NCBI RefSeq assembly: GCF_001194135.2
Contig: NC_069001.1
Span: 28,078,686-28,141,817 of the forward strand
DNA length: 63,132 nucleotides
Direction: 5' to 3'
DNA from: Octopus bimaculoides
Taxonomy: Eukaryota
Part shown: positions 1-12,130 of the stretch, piece after piece
Layout: every line of letters starts with the position of its first letter
Numbering within the stretch: position 1 is the first letter of the stretch
The notes under the pieces: model-generated
What the model was told of the DNA's origin: nothing
The model's input: only the letters and a program-made list of their open reading frames with translations
Database searches by the model: none
Made by a program: the position numbers and the translations under genes

Positions 1-263
1 TGTATATATATATATATATATATATGAAAGCATGCAAAGACCTCCAACGTATCTTCCAGAGAAATCCCTACATGGTTTCCATGCTGTAAAAATAAAATAA
101 GGCTTTATTTTAGTAATTTAATGAAATAGTTGAAGCAATGACTTGGAAATACACCACTAACAATGTATCATATAATTCATTTATCTATAGAAAACACTCA
201 AATACACACAATATCGCCCACATATAAACACGAACACACACAGACACACACGCNNNNNNNNNN

Positions 264-306
<43 letters not shown>

Positions 307-1152
307 TGAAGAAAGCGGGAGACAGATTAAGTGATAGAGTGTATTCATTGCTAATTCAAATATTTGATAACTTTTAGAGATGAGTGCTACAAAACGATAG
401 TTGGTACCGTTAATTTCTTGCGAAAGGAATATAATCTCAAACTGTTCCAATGATCGGGTTTGGTTCCTATAGAGACGGAGAGATTTAAGAGATCTGAATA
501 GGTGTGAAAATGGGGGCAAAATGTTTGCTTGTTTTGAAAGGAACAATACAAGACAAGTTGCCCGTAAGTAACTCAATGTCACTTTGCACTTGACGTATTT
601 GAATAAAAAGGTGTAATCTAGACATAACAGAAGAAGACAGAACTGGAAGAAATTTGTCTATTGATTGCAGCTCCAGTTTTCTTTTTATTTCTTGTCAAAT
701 CGGATATCGAATACAGAGACTTCCATTTCGAGGTGTTGCTCGTAAAATGATGACCATTATATTTTAAAGACGCAGGGAAGATTTTGCTGAGTTCGTGGAA
801 ATTATTTTGGCGTGGGATAAAAAGATTTCTTTGTCCGAATGGAAGGTGAGAATGCTGGAAGTTGGTACCCGCAATTCGGACAGTTCAAAAGCAACCAAGT
901 TATTTTGGGGAGGATGAGTTTCAAAATAATTTGTGGGATTTATGTTTTGCGTGTGCAACATCAACAAAACTAGGAGATCTACTGTGACATTGATTATAGG
1001 TGACTGCTGCGGGATGTGGAGGTGTTCAACTAAACTCATGTATATATGCCTATATAAACATACATACACATACATTCACGTGAATATAGATCCATAAATA
1101 TATGGATGTATATATGTGTGTGCTTTAGTAAGGATGTTTATATATATATACA

Positions 1153-1189
<37 letters not shown>

Positions 1190-2268
1190 ATATATATATA
1201 AACATCCTTGCTAAAGCACACACAAATGCAAATGTATGCTTTATCATACGTACATATATGTGTTTTCAAATGCATTAACATAATTGAACTAAGATAGACT
1301 AAAATATAAAGTAGGCCCGAGTACTGGTATTCCGTTTCCATATTCTTGTATTATTTAACTTCATAATTTTACATTGTTTCAACAAATTATAACGGCATAT
1401 TCTATAATCGTCCTGTGTGTGTGTGTGTGTGTGTGTTTGCGCACGGTTTCGTGCGCCGAACGGGACTTATCTGTTAGTGAATATGCACTTCACATTGCTG
1501 TAACAAAGGTTGTGTCATTAAAATAAATTGCTACACTTCATACTAATTATTAGCAAATCTGTGTTGTTCTCAAACATTATAGATAAATCTCTGGAATATA
1601 TTCATTATATATANNNNNNNNNNNNNNNNNNNNNNNNNNNNNNNNNNNNNNNNNNNNNNNNNNNNNNNNNNNNNNNNNNNNNNNNNNNNNNNNNNNNNNN
1701 NNNNNNNNNNNNNTATATATATACATGTATTTTCGTATTTATGAATTTGATTGATGTGTTTTATATAAATAAATAGAGAAAACATTTATTTATTGTAATA
1801 TATACTGGAAACTCTCGTTAGAAAACCTTTTTCATGTTACACAAACTAACGTTGTATATATATTTACACTTCACAAGAAATTGCAACAGCGCTTAGTACG
1901 ACAGCAATGCACGATGTTAAGTCATTAATTACAAGCAACGTAGTCAGATTCATTTTTTGTTTTGTTGTTTTCCCCTCGAAGCGGGAAAATTATTTGCTTG
2001 CGTATCACCGGATGTGGTCTTTCTCTGTTCAAGACAGCGTCGTTTTTGAACTTAAAACCGTATTTTAATTGTGGATGTTATTACGTTAACCTTAAACGGT
2101 TTGCTTTCTATTTGGAGCATAGAAAAATAACGTCCATAGAACTTGAGGCTGCATTTAAATTGTCAATTTTATTACGTCTTGCTTTCTTGTTTGGATATTG
2201 CAGATCATCCGTAGACCGTGAAAGCGCATTTAAATTGAAACTATTATTACGCTAACCATTTGCGTGGT

Positions 2269-2463
2269 GAGTTGGCAGAAATTTGATAACGGCGGGCAAG
2301 ATGGTTAGCTCGTCCTTACGTTCTGAGTTCAAATTCCGCCGAGGTCGACTTCACCTTTTATCCTTTTGGGGTCGATAACGTAAGTAACATTTAAGCACTG
2401 GGCTCAATGTAATCGACTATTCCCCTCCTCCAAATTTCAAGCCTTGTGCTTCCAGTAGAAAGG
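2269..2463 (+). mobile_element. SINE family A copy with diverged ~20-bp flanking direct repeats
   Basis: Carries the family-A core ttctgagttcaaattccgccgaggtcgac...ggggtcgataa...gtaatcgact seen in many copies in this window. Flanked by ttattacgctaaccatttgcg and ttattgcgttaaccattgacg. Confidence 0.85.
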
Positions 2464-2634
2464 TTATTGCGTTAACCATTGACGCTTTACTTTCCATTTG
2501 GGGATAAAGGCAAGCAATGCAATACATACTCGATCGTACATTTTTATTTTATCAAACACACACTTCGATAAGGTTTGTTTGCTGTGGACACAATGATGTC
2601 GTTGTTTTGTGCAAAATATTTCGTTGAAGAATGC

Positions 2635-2800
2635 AGGCATTGATGTGTGGTTAAGGAGCCTACATTGCAAATACGTGTGTTTGGGTTGATTGCCACTGCA
2701 CAGGACCCTGGGCAAACGAAATCTGCTATAGCATCGAGTCGACAGATGCTCTTTGAGTGAATGTTTTAGACAGAAACCTTTGGGAATCCCGTCGTATATG
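2635..2800 (+). mobile_element. SINE family B copy (diverged)
   Basis: Matches the other B copies (gtgtggtt..agg head; tail tagacagaaac...cccgtcgtatat, compare 62930-63086). Confidence 0.65.
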
Positions 2801-4196
2801 TAACATATATGCTAACATATATCTTATTAGAGAGATAACCTAATATACGTTAGAAAATATTGCAAAGTGAAACCTATCCGCGATTCAAAATTCATTACGA
2901 AATATGATAAATTAGCGACATTGTGGCCTTGCCCAACATCATGTGTTATTCAGTGTTTCTTTACTGCTGTTCCGAATACGTTAACTGAAAAAAGGACAAA
3001 AGACAAGGAATATTGCACTCTTCCAGGAAATCTTATGAAATTTTCTTTTGTGATTTCTAATTATATTTCCTTCCACGCATATGTCAATGTAGTCATTAAA
3101 TCAAATGGGAAATTTGCGCTGTGAGACAATAGTTCCTATTCACGAATTAATTGCCTTTTTTTTTTTTCCTGTTCAGAGCAGTAAATTAAGACATTTCAGA
3201 TTTCACAACAGTATATCAGGACACTACAACTAAAAGAAGTTTAATGTTATTGAAATATGTCTTTTATTTTCCATTTGCTTATGATAATACAATGAGTTTT
3301 ATATAGTTTATTTTGTAATTACCACTCAAATAGTACTCTGGTTGAGAAGTTTACAGATGAGAATTAAATTGCTGAAGGTGAGTTGAAGAGTGATAGAAGT
3401 AGAGGAGGAATGTGATACGGGCTTCTCAGACACTTTGAGCTATGTGAACAGTCAAGTGGGGCTCTTGTTGTCCCCATCTAGAAAACAAAGAATACACAGT
3501 TCCCCCCTGGTCATCTTTTACGACAATTTTTGTCAAACAAGGATCCCTGTCAAATTGTTACACATCGTAGCAGGTTCCTGGTTATATCATATCTTAAATT
3601 GTAGATGGCAGCTCCAAATAAATCTCAGACTATTTATTTATGAGTCTGTTCTATAAAAATGGGCTTAGACTTGGCGTGCTCGGCTTGTCTCAGAGGAGAG
3701 AGGCTGATCACATTAATACAGTACTTCAAGTACTAGAAGTCGACGACCACAGGGAAATCGAGCGAACGAAGGATGTAAGAACGGGCTGAGGTTCTGGGAA
3801 TACAGACATATGCGAGACCTGGTTGGGACCTGACATAGATGCAATGAATGGATACGGACGTTTTAATGAAATTGGTACAAAAAACAAGCCACTCTCTCCA
3901 GCACAGTCTATTTTAGTAGCAGAAGAAGAAGCACAGCGACGAAGCAGTATATTTATAGGTCAGTGTCCGTTAGTATATTCACTGAAATATGTTTTTGGTT
4001 GCTGTCATGATGGCCTGTAAACTGTCGCGTGTACCATGATACGCCGTTAATGAAAGACCTAAGAAATCGGGTATGACATGCATCAACATTTATGGACGAC
4101 ATCAACATTTATTATATAGTAATTACCCTATAATCTACTAGCAAGTGAAATAAATAACTGCTGCTAAATTAAGCGAAAAGCGAGCAATAAGAAGTG

Positions 4197-4303
4197 TAGG
4201 GGGTTAGTCGATTAGATCTAGTCCAGGTCGCGGTTGGTCCTTTAATTTATCGACCTCATACCGATGAAAGACGATTTTGATCTGGACGAGATTTTGAATT
4301 CTG
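4197..4303 (-). mobile_element. SINE family A fragment
   Basis: ttagtcgattagatc...aatttatcgacc...gatgaaag is the reverse complement of the A core; decayed. Confidence 0.55.
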
Positions 4304-4600
4304 ACCTCGGTGGTGTTCAAAATCAATAAATTATGCAATAACATTTAAAATCAACTAATTGTCCTTTATTCCACTGTTAGGTTCCATTAATTCATCAACG
4401 ACTTAGAACGGTTATTCTGTCGATCGGTTAGTTGATAGGTGTGTCGTTCCATCGATCTGTTGGTTGGTTGTTTGGTCTCTAGGATAACAAGTACGGTGAA
4501 TATGCCGGTTTATAATTTACAATAGTTCATTAAGATGAATTAACATATGAACCACAGAAACACACACACACATAAACACACACATACACACACTTACACA

Positions 4601-4790
4601 CGAGCTGGCAGAAACGTTAGCACGCCGGGCGAAATGCTTAACGGTATTTCGTCTACTTTTACGTTCTGAGTTCAAATTCCGCCGAGGTCGACTTTGCCTT
4701 TCATCCTTTCGGGGTCGATAAATTAAGTACCAGTTACGCACTGGGGTCGATGTAATCGACTTAATCGCTTTGTCTGTCCTTGTTTGTCCC
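4601..4790 (+). mobile_element. SINE family A, well-preserved copy truncated by an N-gap
   Basis: cgagctggcagaaacgttagcacgccgggcgaaatgc...gagttcaaattccgccgaggtcgactttgcctttcatcctttcggggtcgataaattaagtaccag. Contains the B-box-like GAGTTCAAATTCC. Confidence 0.9.
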
Positions 4791-5228
4791 NNNNNNNNNN
4801 NNNNNNNNNNNNNNNNNNNNNNNNNNNNNNNNNNNNNNNNNNNNNNNNNNNNNNNNNNNNNNNNNNNNNNNNNNNNNNNNNNNNNNNNNNNNNNNNNNNN
4901 NNNNNNNNNNNNNNNNNNNNNNNNNNNNNNNNNNNNNNNNNNNNNNNNNNNNNNNNNNNNNNNNNNNNNNNNNNNNNNNNNNNNNNNNNNNNNNNNNNNN
5001 NNNNNNNNNNNNNNNNNNNNNNNNNNNNNNNNNNNNNNNNNNNNNNNNNNNNNNNNNNNNNNNNNNNNNNNNNNNNNNNNNNNNNNNNNNNNNNNNNNNN
5101 NNNNNNNNNNNNNNNNNNNNNNNNNNNNNNNNNNNNNNNNNNNNNNNNNNNNNNNTTTAATGTGCTAGTTTCCTGGTATTAAATTGATATTAATTAATAT
5201 CGAATGTTTACCATATTATGTTAATTAA

Positions 5229-5291
<63 letters not shown>

Positions 5292-5330
5292 GGTACATAC
5301 ATATCTAAACGCACTTGCATACATACATAT

Positions 5331-5547
5331 TTTTTCTACTCTAAGCACAAGACCCTAAATGTTTGGGAAGGTGGGGAGCCAGTCGATGAGATCGAATCCA
5401 GTACTCAACTGGTACTTCATTTATCGAACCCGAAATGATGAAAGGCAAAGTCGATCTCGGCAGAATTTGAACTCAGAAGGTAAAGACAGACGAAATACTG
5501 CTAAGAATTTCGCTCAGCGTGCTAACGTTTATGCCAGCTCGCCGACT
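5331..5547 (-). mobile_element. SINE family A
   Basis: Reverse-complement match to 4601-4790 (aaaggcaaagtcgatctcggcagaatttgaactcagaa...tgccagctcgcc). Confidence 0.85.
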
Positions 5548-7110
5548 TACATATATACACATCTGGAAAGTGACTTGTGTTGTTCTGTGTGGACGAGGAT
5601 GGCATTATTCTGAAGACCGTTGTAAAAGAGTACAATGAATTTGTCTTAGGAAAATTCAAAATGCGGGCAAAGTCTTAGTTCAAAAGAAAAAAATGACAGG
5701 AAAGCAATTGAGACAGCAGTCGAGTTTTGCATTTAAAGTAGAACTGGTTACACCCACAATAAAATATCACCGCTGCCAAATCTTTTGCATAGTTCCTTAC
5801 TTTCTCCCTTAATCTGCATGATTTCAGGCTTCCTCTGATTCGTGGATATAATACCCAGGAAAATATTCAACAGACATATTTCAAGGATATCTCATAACTT
5901 GACTTGCACATGTAGCGTTAAGATATTAGCTAATGTTAGACAGGATATCAATGTAAGGTTTAGAATGAGTGCCCTGTGAATGAAAAATATAGCACAAAAT
6001 ATGCGGTTTATAAAGCAGAAAATAGCAATCAATACTGAGGAAACGGCGCATCATAGATGGATGAATGGATAGGTAGATAGACAGACATAAATAGATAGAT
6101 GAATAGATAAATAGATAGGTAGAGAGAGACAGACACAGATAAATAGACAGCGTCATACACGCACACACACACACATATACACACAAGCAGATGTACACAT
6201 GCATATACACGCAAATACACATATACACACATTATTAATATACTAGTGATGCGAGTATATTCCATCACTAACAGATGACACCAGCTTCTGTCTCATATAT
6301 TTGTTATGAGTGATTTTAAATTAAAATTTAATCAACGTTGAAAGACTGAAGGACAAAAAAAAATTAGTCAACACTTGAGCAGACTCTAAATATTTTAACA
6401 GCATTACAAGGAGATGGTAACTTCGAAGTTTCTTCAGCAACCGCTCGCAAAATATGAAAAATATATAAAAAGAAATTAAGGAAAATTTAGAATGACAAAA
6501 TGATTTTGAAAAGTTACAAAATTTATACATATGTAGATACATATATTCAATCGCGCGAACATAACATTCACTAACATACACATCGGATGCTGACATGTTA
6601 GTGTGCAGACTTTCGTGTATTCCGTGAAATGTTAATGGAAGGCCTAAGTGATCTGGTATGACCTACTGCTATACAACATCAACATTATTATATAATAATT
6701 GCCCTATAAACTACTAGCAAATGAAATGAATAATCGTTGCAAAGTTAACAGAAAGGCTAGTAGTCGTGAGTGTAGGGGTTTAGTCAGATCTAGCCCAGGT
6801 CGTGAGTGGTCCTCTAGTTTACCGACATGCATAGAAATATACGCTCGTACACGCACACACGAACTCGTGCTTAAAGAGTTTGGGAATCATATCTGTCTTG
6901 TTGCTCCGGCAGACACAAGAGTAGACGTCACATGATTAAGGCTCAGTGCAATGATATCACAGGTGGCAGCACGTGTATGCAACTCTCTTTATCAGATACC
7001 TATTTTATATCAGTAAACCTATGTCTTTACACATATTGTGTATGTCCCGTTTCCTTGTCAAGCATTTATCATTACTGTTGGAGAAGTAACTCACCTTTAT
7101 ATTTCCAGCA

Positions 7111-7327
7111 AACATTGGTTTCAAATTTTGGCACAAGGCCAGCAAATTTGGGGGAACGGGTAGGTCGATTACATTGACATCAGAATTCAACGATACTTAT
7201 TTTATCGACTTCAAAAGTATGAAAGACAAAGTCGACCTCGGTGGAATTTCAACTCCAAAAGTATACGAACAAAATGCCGCTAAGAATGTTGCCAGGTGTG
7301 CTAACGATTCTGCTAGCCCGCAGCCTT
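7111..7327 (-). mobile_element. SINE family A
   Basis: ttttggcacaaggccagc...aaagtcgacctcggtggaattt...gctaacgattctgc. Confidence 0.85.
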
Positions 7328-7851
7328 GTAGACAGTTCATCTACGACCCCGAAGTCTCTTCCTGGCCAGAAACACACGATTCAATGTAACCCTGTTCCTA
7401 TTATCAGGTCTGCCCTGAAGGAACATTACCCATAATCTAATCATACTGTTCTGTCATTTTGTGCTTTTGTGTAATTTATCTTGGATTACACCAAGAAGAG
7501 TGTTCTTTACTTCAAAGACTGTAAGATGAGGTATGGTCTAGAATTGGTTGTTATATGCAATTACTAATAGAATGTTCTCTGAGATCGAAATCGCGTTAGC
7601 TGAGACTAGGTAAAGGAAAAGTTTAATACTTCATTACATGTACTTTTAAATATCTAGGTAATAGTTTGTAGGTATAATATGCATATATGTATGTTTATAC
7701 ACACATAAATTCATATCGACATACACACTTTAATACTTATACACCTGAATAAGTATACACATAGTAAGCTTGCAACTATTTTACGCTACTAACAAGCATA
7801 TATGTATGTGTGTATGTGCGTAATTTGTGTGTGTTTGTATACATCTATACA

Positions 7852-7893
<42 letters not shown>

Positions 7894-7979
7894 NNNNNNN
7901 NNNNNNNNNNNNNNNNNNNNNNNNNNNNNNNNNNNNNNNNNNNNNNNNNNNNNNNNNNNNNNNNNNNNNNNNNNNNNNN

Positions 7980-8030
<51 letters not shown>

Positions 8031-8274
8031 AATACATGTATATGTATATGCGTACACATAAAGCGTATAATATCATGCCAGTATTAATCTATATGGAAAT
8101 GTGTATATATTATAGGTAGTGTCTTCATTTAACCTTTGATTGTAAGGATGCAACAAGGTAGTTTATCAAATATGGTTGATAAGAATATTCGGCTTTGATG
8201 TTTGGCCATATCCGACATTTCATCACCACTTTCAACATGATTGACCAGTCTCTTATCACCTAGGTAGGATTTTC

Positions 8275-8317
<43 letters not shown>

Positions 8318-8327
8318 NNNNNNNNNN

Positions 8328-8379
<52 letters not shown>

Positions 8380-8789
8380 TATTTATGTATGATGAATTGT
8401 TAATCCCTAGCGTCTTCGCAATAGATAAGAAATTGTTACAACTCACTGAATAACAGCTATGATATATTATGTCGTAACCTATGAGTAATATGTTGCCTAG
8501 CGACTAAAGTTAGTTGCCAGTTCGAATTCCTTGTGGTAAATTATATGGTGAATTGTTTAAGCCGAAAATAGCCTTGATCGAGCACTTCTACGTTCAGATT
8601 TAGTCCAGCCATGACAATTTTGTCATTTTTGGAGGACAGGTATTATTCCTCGATTCCTACGTCATTTCTTTATTTGAGAGTCAATAAGCTATGGCATGAG
8701 GGCAAATAGCCAGCTATATAGAGTAGATAGAGAATCACTCTTAATTTTTATACAATAACCACTCAATTAAAACTGTCGAACGAAGGGAC

Positions 8790-8925
8790 TCGGTATTTAA
8801 ATAGTTTATAGTCGGGTACTTATACTGTCTGTAATTTCGAACTGCTAGGCTACGGGGACGTACACAAAACAACATTGACTGTCAAGCTGTGGCGGGGAAC
8901 AAAGCGGAAAACACACACACACATA
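8790..8925 (+). mobile_element. SINE-like family C, 3' part ending in (AC)n
   Basis: cgaactgctaggctacggggacgta...gtcaagc matches 15590-15650 and 13735-13800. Confidence 0.65.
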
Positions 8926-9510
8926 CCGTTATGACGTGGGCGTATACGCCGGGTGTAAAATAGTGTCACACAAATAAATATTTGGATTATGGTTATCTAA
9001 AATAAGCGATCGCAGAATTATGTTCATACAGAACTTACTCCGTACTACTCCAGCGTATGTTCGATATTAAACCAACACACACCGCACTAATACAGTCAGC
9101 AAAGCAGTTGGTTAATATTGTCCACCAATACCCCTGACAATTCCCAGAGTTCTTTATTCATCGAAATCCGTTCGTCCTCTTTTAGTCACGTGGGGATGTA
9201 CAAGATTCGCCCATAACACATACATAAAGACAGACAGACAGTATTTGAACATAGTTCCTCTGACCTATTTATCGTGTTCCATCAAGGCATTACATTTTTT
9301 TCCTTAAGTCTAGTAGTTATACAATTGGCTACTTTGGCCGAACCGCTACGTACGTGGACTTAAACACAAATACCTGTTGGCAAGTGGTAGTGGGAAACAA
9401 AATCAGATACGATACACACAAAGACGCACACACACACACACACACCACTGTGGTGTGTGTGTGTGTGTCTGTATGTGTGTGTGTATAAATATATATATGT
9501 ATATATTCAA

Positions 9511-9650
9511 GACGGGTTTCTTTCAGTTTCCGTCGACCAAATCCACTAACAACGCTGTCGTCGGCACAAAGTATTGAGTCTACTCCATGGACTGAACCGA
9601 GAAGCACGTGGTTGAGAAGTGAACTACTTACCACACAGCCACGCCTGCGG
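9511..9650 (-). mobile_element. SINE family B
   Basis: gacgggtttctttcagtttccgtcgaccaaatccact...cttaccacacagccacgcc; near-identical motifs at 16820 and 33090. Confidence 0.85.
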
Positions 9651-10730
9651 CTATACTATATTAAAACGTTGAGATAAATATTTACTTTCAACGCCATCTA
9701 TCCTGTCGACAAAAGCTAACGTACACCGGTACTGTTGTTTACCGAGAACACTATCATAACTTATAAAATGTTTATTGTTGAAATTGGAAAGGAAACACTT
9801 CATCTCTACCTACAACGCGGTGACCCTCACAGGAAATGCATCGCTGACCTCTCTTCATTCAGTACTCACCTGTTTACCGTACAATTGAAAATATTTGGTT
9901 CTCATAGTCTATATAAATCTACATTCCCATTCATGGGCAGCAATTAGTTCAGTGTTTGCTTAAAGTCTTGCAATGTTTATTTGTGATTCATAGTTGAAAA
10001 CTGCGATGTTAATACCATTATAAATACAAATATGAGTGATTCGATGAAAAAATGTTCGCCTTTGATACACACCCTCAGAGAGTGTAACCAACGGGTAACA
10101 ATTTGTGACTCGAGGACCTTGCGTCTATTCTACGCATATTAACTGTATCCGCTTCTGCAACCTCTACGCTCTATGCCTCCAAGTGAACTACTTTTAAATC
10201 CTCCACTTTAGACGCAACCGATCTACTGACAACCACCACGTTTATTCTCATTCTCCTTGATCTGCCTCGCCATCTCAGATCCTACAGTAAACTCGTTCAT
10301 TCATTTCTTCACAGAGTTGTTTCAATTTAGAATTACCTTTATTGGCCACGTTACATTTAATATTTATATCCACAATAAAATGTTTGTGCTAAACCTTGAA
10401 GGCACCGTTCTCACTAATGTCGCAGGGACTCTAGTTTTACAGTGAATTAATAAGAAAATAAAACAGGACAAGATAGCATATGAAAAAGGTTCACGTCTCA
10501 CACTTTGATATGGAGATGCCCATCTTCATATTAAAAATAACCATAAAGCTACACAAAATATAAAGACAATTATAAGTGATTTTTTTTTTTTTTTCCATTT
10601 TTTTGTTTCGTTGGTATAACCTCGGCTAAGTGGTTAATGACTTCCCCTCAGAGACAAAGGTACGTAGTTCGATTTTACTAATCGGCATATTGAGCAAATA
10701 ATAATTTATGTCACTGTACCATACAATAGC

Positions 10731-10929
10731 AAGGCGGTGAGCATAGTGAGCAAAAAACATAGCGACATTTCGTCTGTCTTCAGGGATTCAGAAAGTCGAC
10801 ACCGAGGTCGACTTTGCCTTTTATCCTTTCGGGATCAATGACATAAATGCCTGTTAAACACTGGGGTTGATTTAATTGACTTAAGCCCTCTCCCGAAATT
10901 GCTGGCTTTGTGACAAAATTAGAAACTAA
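10731..10929 (+). mobile_element. SINE family A
   Basis: ccgaggtcgactttgccttttatcctttcggg...cactggggttgattt. Confidence 0.8.
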
Positions 10930-11036
10930 TGTTTTATACCATAGTTCCGACTGCGAAAACCGTTCTGGGCAAAATTGTGAAACACGGAAACAGATTAAAG
11001 AAATCGTATTTCTTTTCATTAATGGTAAACTAGAAT

Positions 11037-11068
11037 AATTCTTGTGCCTTTAGTAGAAAGTAAAAAGA
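11037..11068 (+). mobile_element. Extremely 5'-truncated SINE-A tail with 19-bp TSD
   Basis: An exact attaatggtaaactagaat at 11018-11036 and 11069-11087 brackets cttgtgcctttagtagaaag, which matches the A-family tail (compare 2443-2462). Confidence 0.6.
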
Positions 11069-11539
11069 ATTAATGGTAAACTAGAATCGTGGGCACATTT
11101 AACATCACAGTTGATAATTTCTGCAGTAAGTTTATTCTTTCGTAAAAATTCGTGACATATCTCTGATTTCAGAATAACTTCTTCATTCTTACCAATCGTC
11201 TCGAAATCTTTAAATCTTGTCAAAGAGCAGTACAATCTCCACCTTTTAACCTGTTAAAAATAGAAGTCAGAATTAAAAGTTATAAAAGCATGCGTTTTTG
11301 TTTTAATACTCACTTATTAATGGTAGCATTTCCGTGTAATTTATTATCAAAACATTCTTGTTTTTCTTCGCCTACGAGAACAGAAGTTGGAGATTATTTT
11401 ACGCTGTTTCACTGGTTCTCTGCGCTGGTAGTTCAACCCATAACGATGTATATTTTGCTTTTTATCTTATCAGGGTCGCTAAACAATAACAGTCAATTAT
11501 TGACATTTGTTTTTCTTTGCGAATGTATACGTGTGTGTT

Positions 11540-11563
11540 GGGGCGGGGGGGGGCGGGGCGGGG
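11540..11563 (+). promoter_or_regulatory. Tandem GC boxes / G-quadruplex-forming motif
   Basis: GGGG-C-G9-C-GGGG-C-GGGG: four G runs with 1-nt loops and repeated GGGCGG. Function untested. Confidence 0.45.
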
Positions 11564-11912
11564 CGTGGTGTAAGTATGTGTGTGTGTACTTAAATATGTC
11601 GGAATCTCTTCTGTTGCACTGAAAATAAAAATATGGTGGGGCATTGTGAGCGATTTTCTTTTCTTTCATAACGAAAATGAAATTTTGAGAGAGGACAGCC
11701 AACTTTTTCTCATTCAAAATAAATAAATAGATACAACAGCAGGGCACTTTATGAAAATAAGGCATCTCGTATGCATGATGTATGTATTTATAATGATTCT
11801 CCCGTTACTAATTCTTGAGTAGCTTTCGTTATAACTACATTTCACAGACAACCGGCATAACTGTGTAAAACATTCTTCAGACACTCCTTTTTGTTAAGAA
11901 TGTAATTAAAAT

Positions 11913-12130
11913 AATCATTTCTACTATAGGCACAAGACCTGAAAACTGTAGGGAGGGGTTAAGTCTATCACATTGACCCCAGTACTTAACTGGTAATTAA
12001 TTTATCGGCACCGAAAAGATGAAAGGCAAAGTCGACCTCGGCGGAATTTGAACTGAGATCGTAACGACAGGCGAACTACTACTAAACATTTTGTCCAACG
12101 TGCTAACGATTCTGACAGCTCGTTGCCTTA
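11913..12130 (-). mobile_element. SINE family A
   Basis: gatgaaaggcaaagtcgacctcggcggaatttgaact...gtgctaacgattctgacagctcg. Confidence 0.88.

Noticed and set aside
1439-1456. gcgcacg-gttt-cgtgcgc hairpin next to (GT)n as a Helitron 3' end
   Set aside because: There is no CTRR terminus at the expected distance and no second copy.
8150-8265. Short open frames on minus (DKRLVNHVESGDEMSDMAKHQSRIFLSTIFDKLPCC)
   Set aside because: The acceptor is weak, there is no donor, two frames are open, and no homology was recognised.
9870-9915. Minus-strand donor CAG|GTGAGT at 9869
   Set aside because: No convincing acceptor, and the upstream frames are mostly closed.
10050-10300. Possible decayed 3' end of another Penelope-like ORF
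   Set aside because: The resemblance is from memory and too degenerate to support from the sequence.
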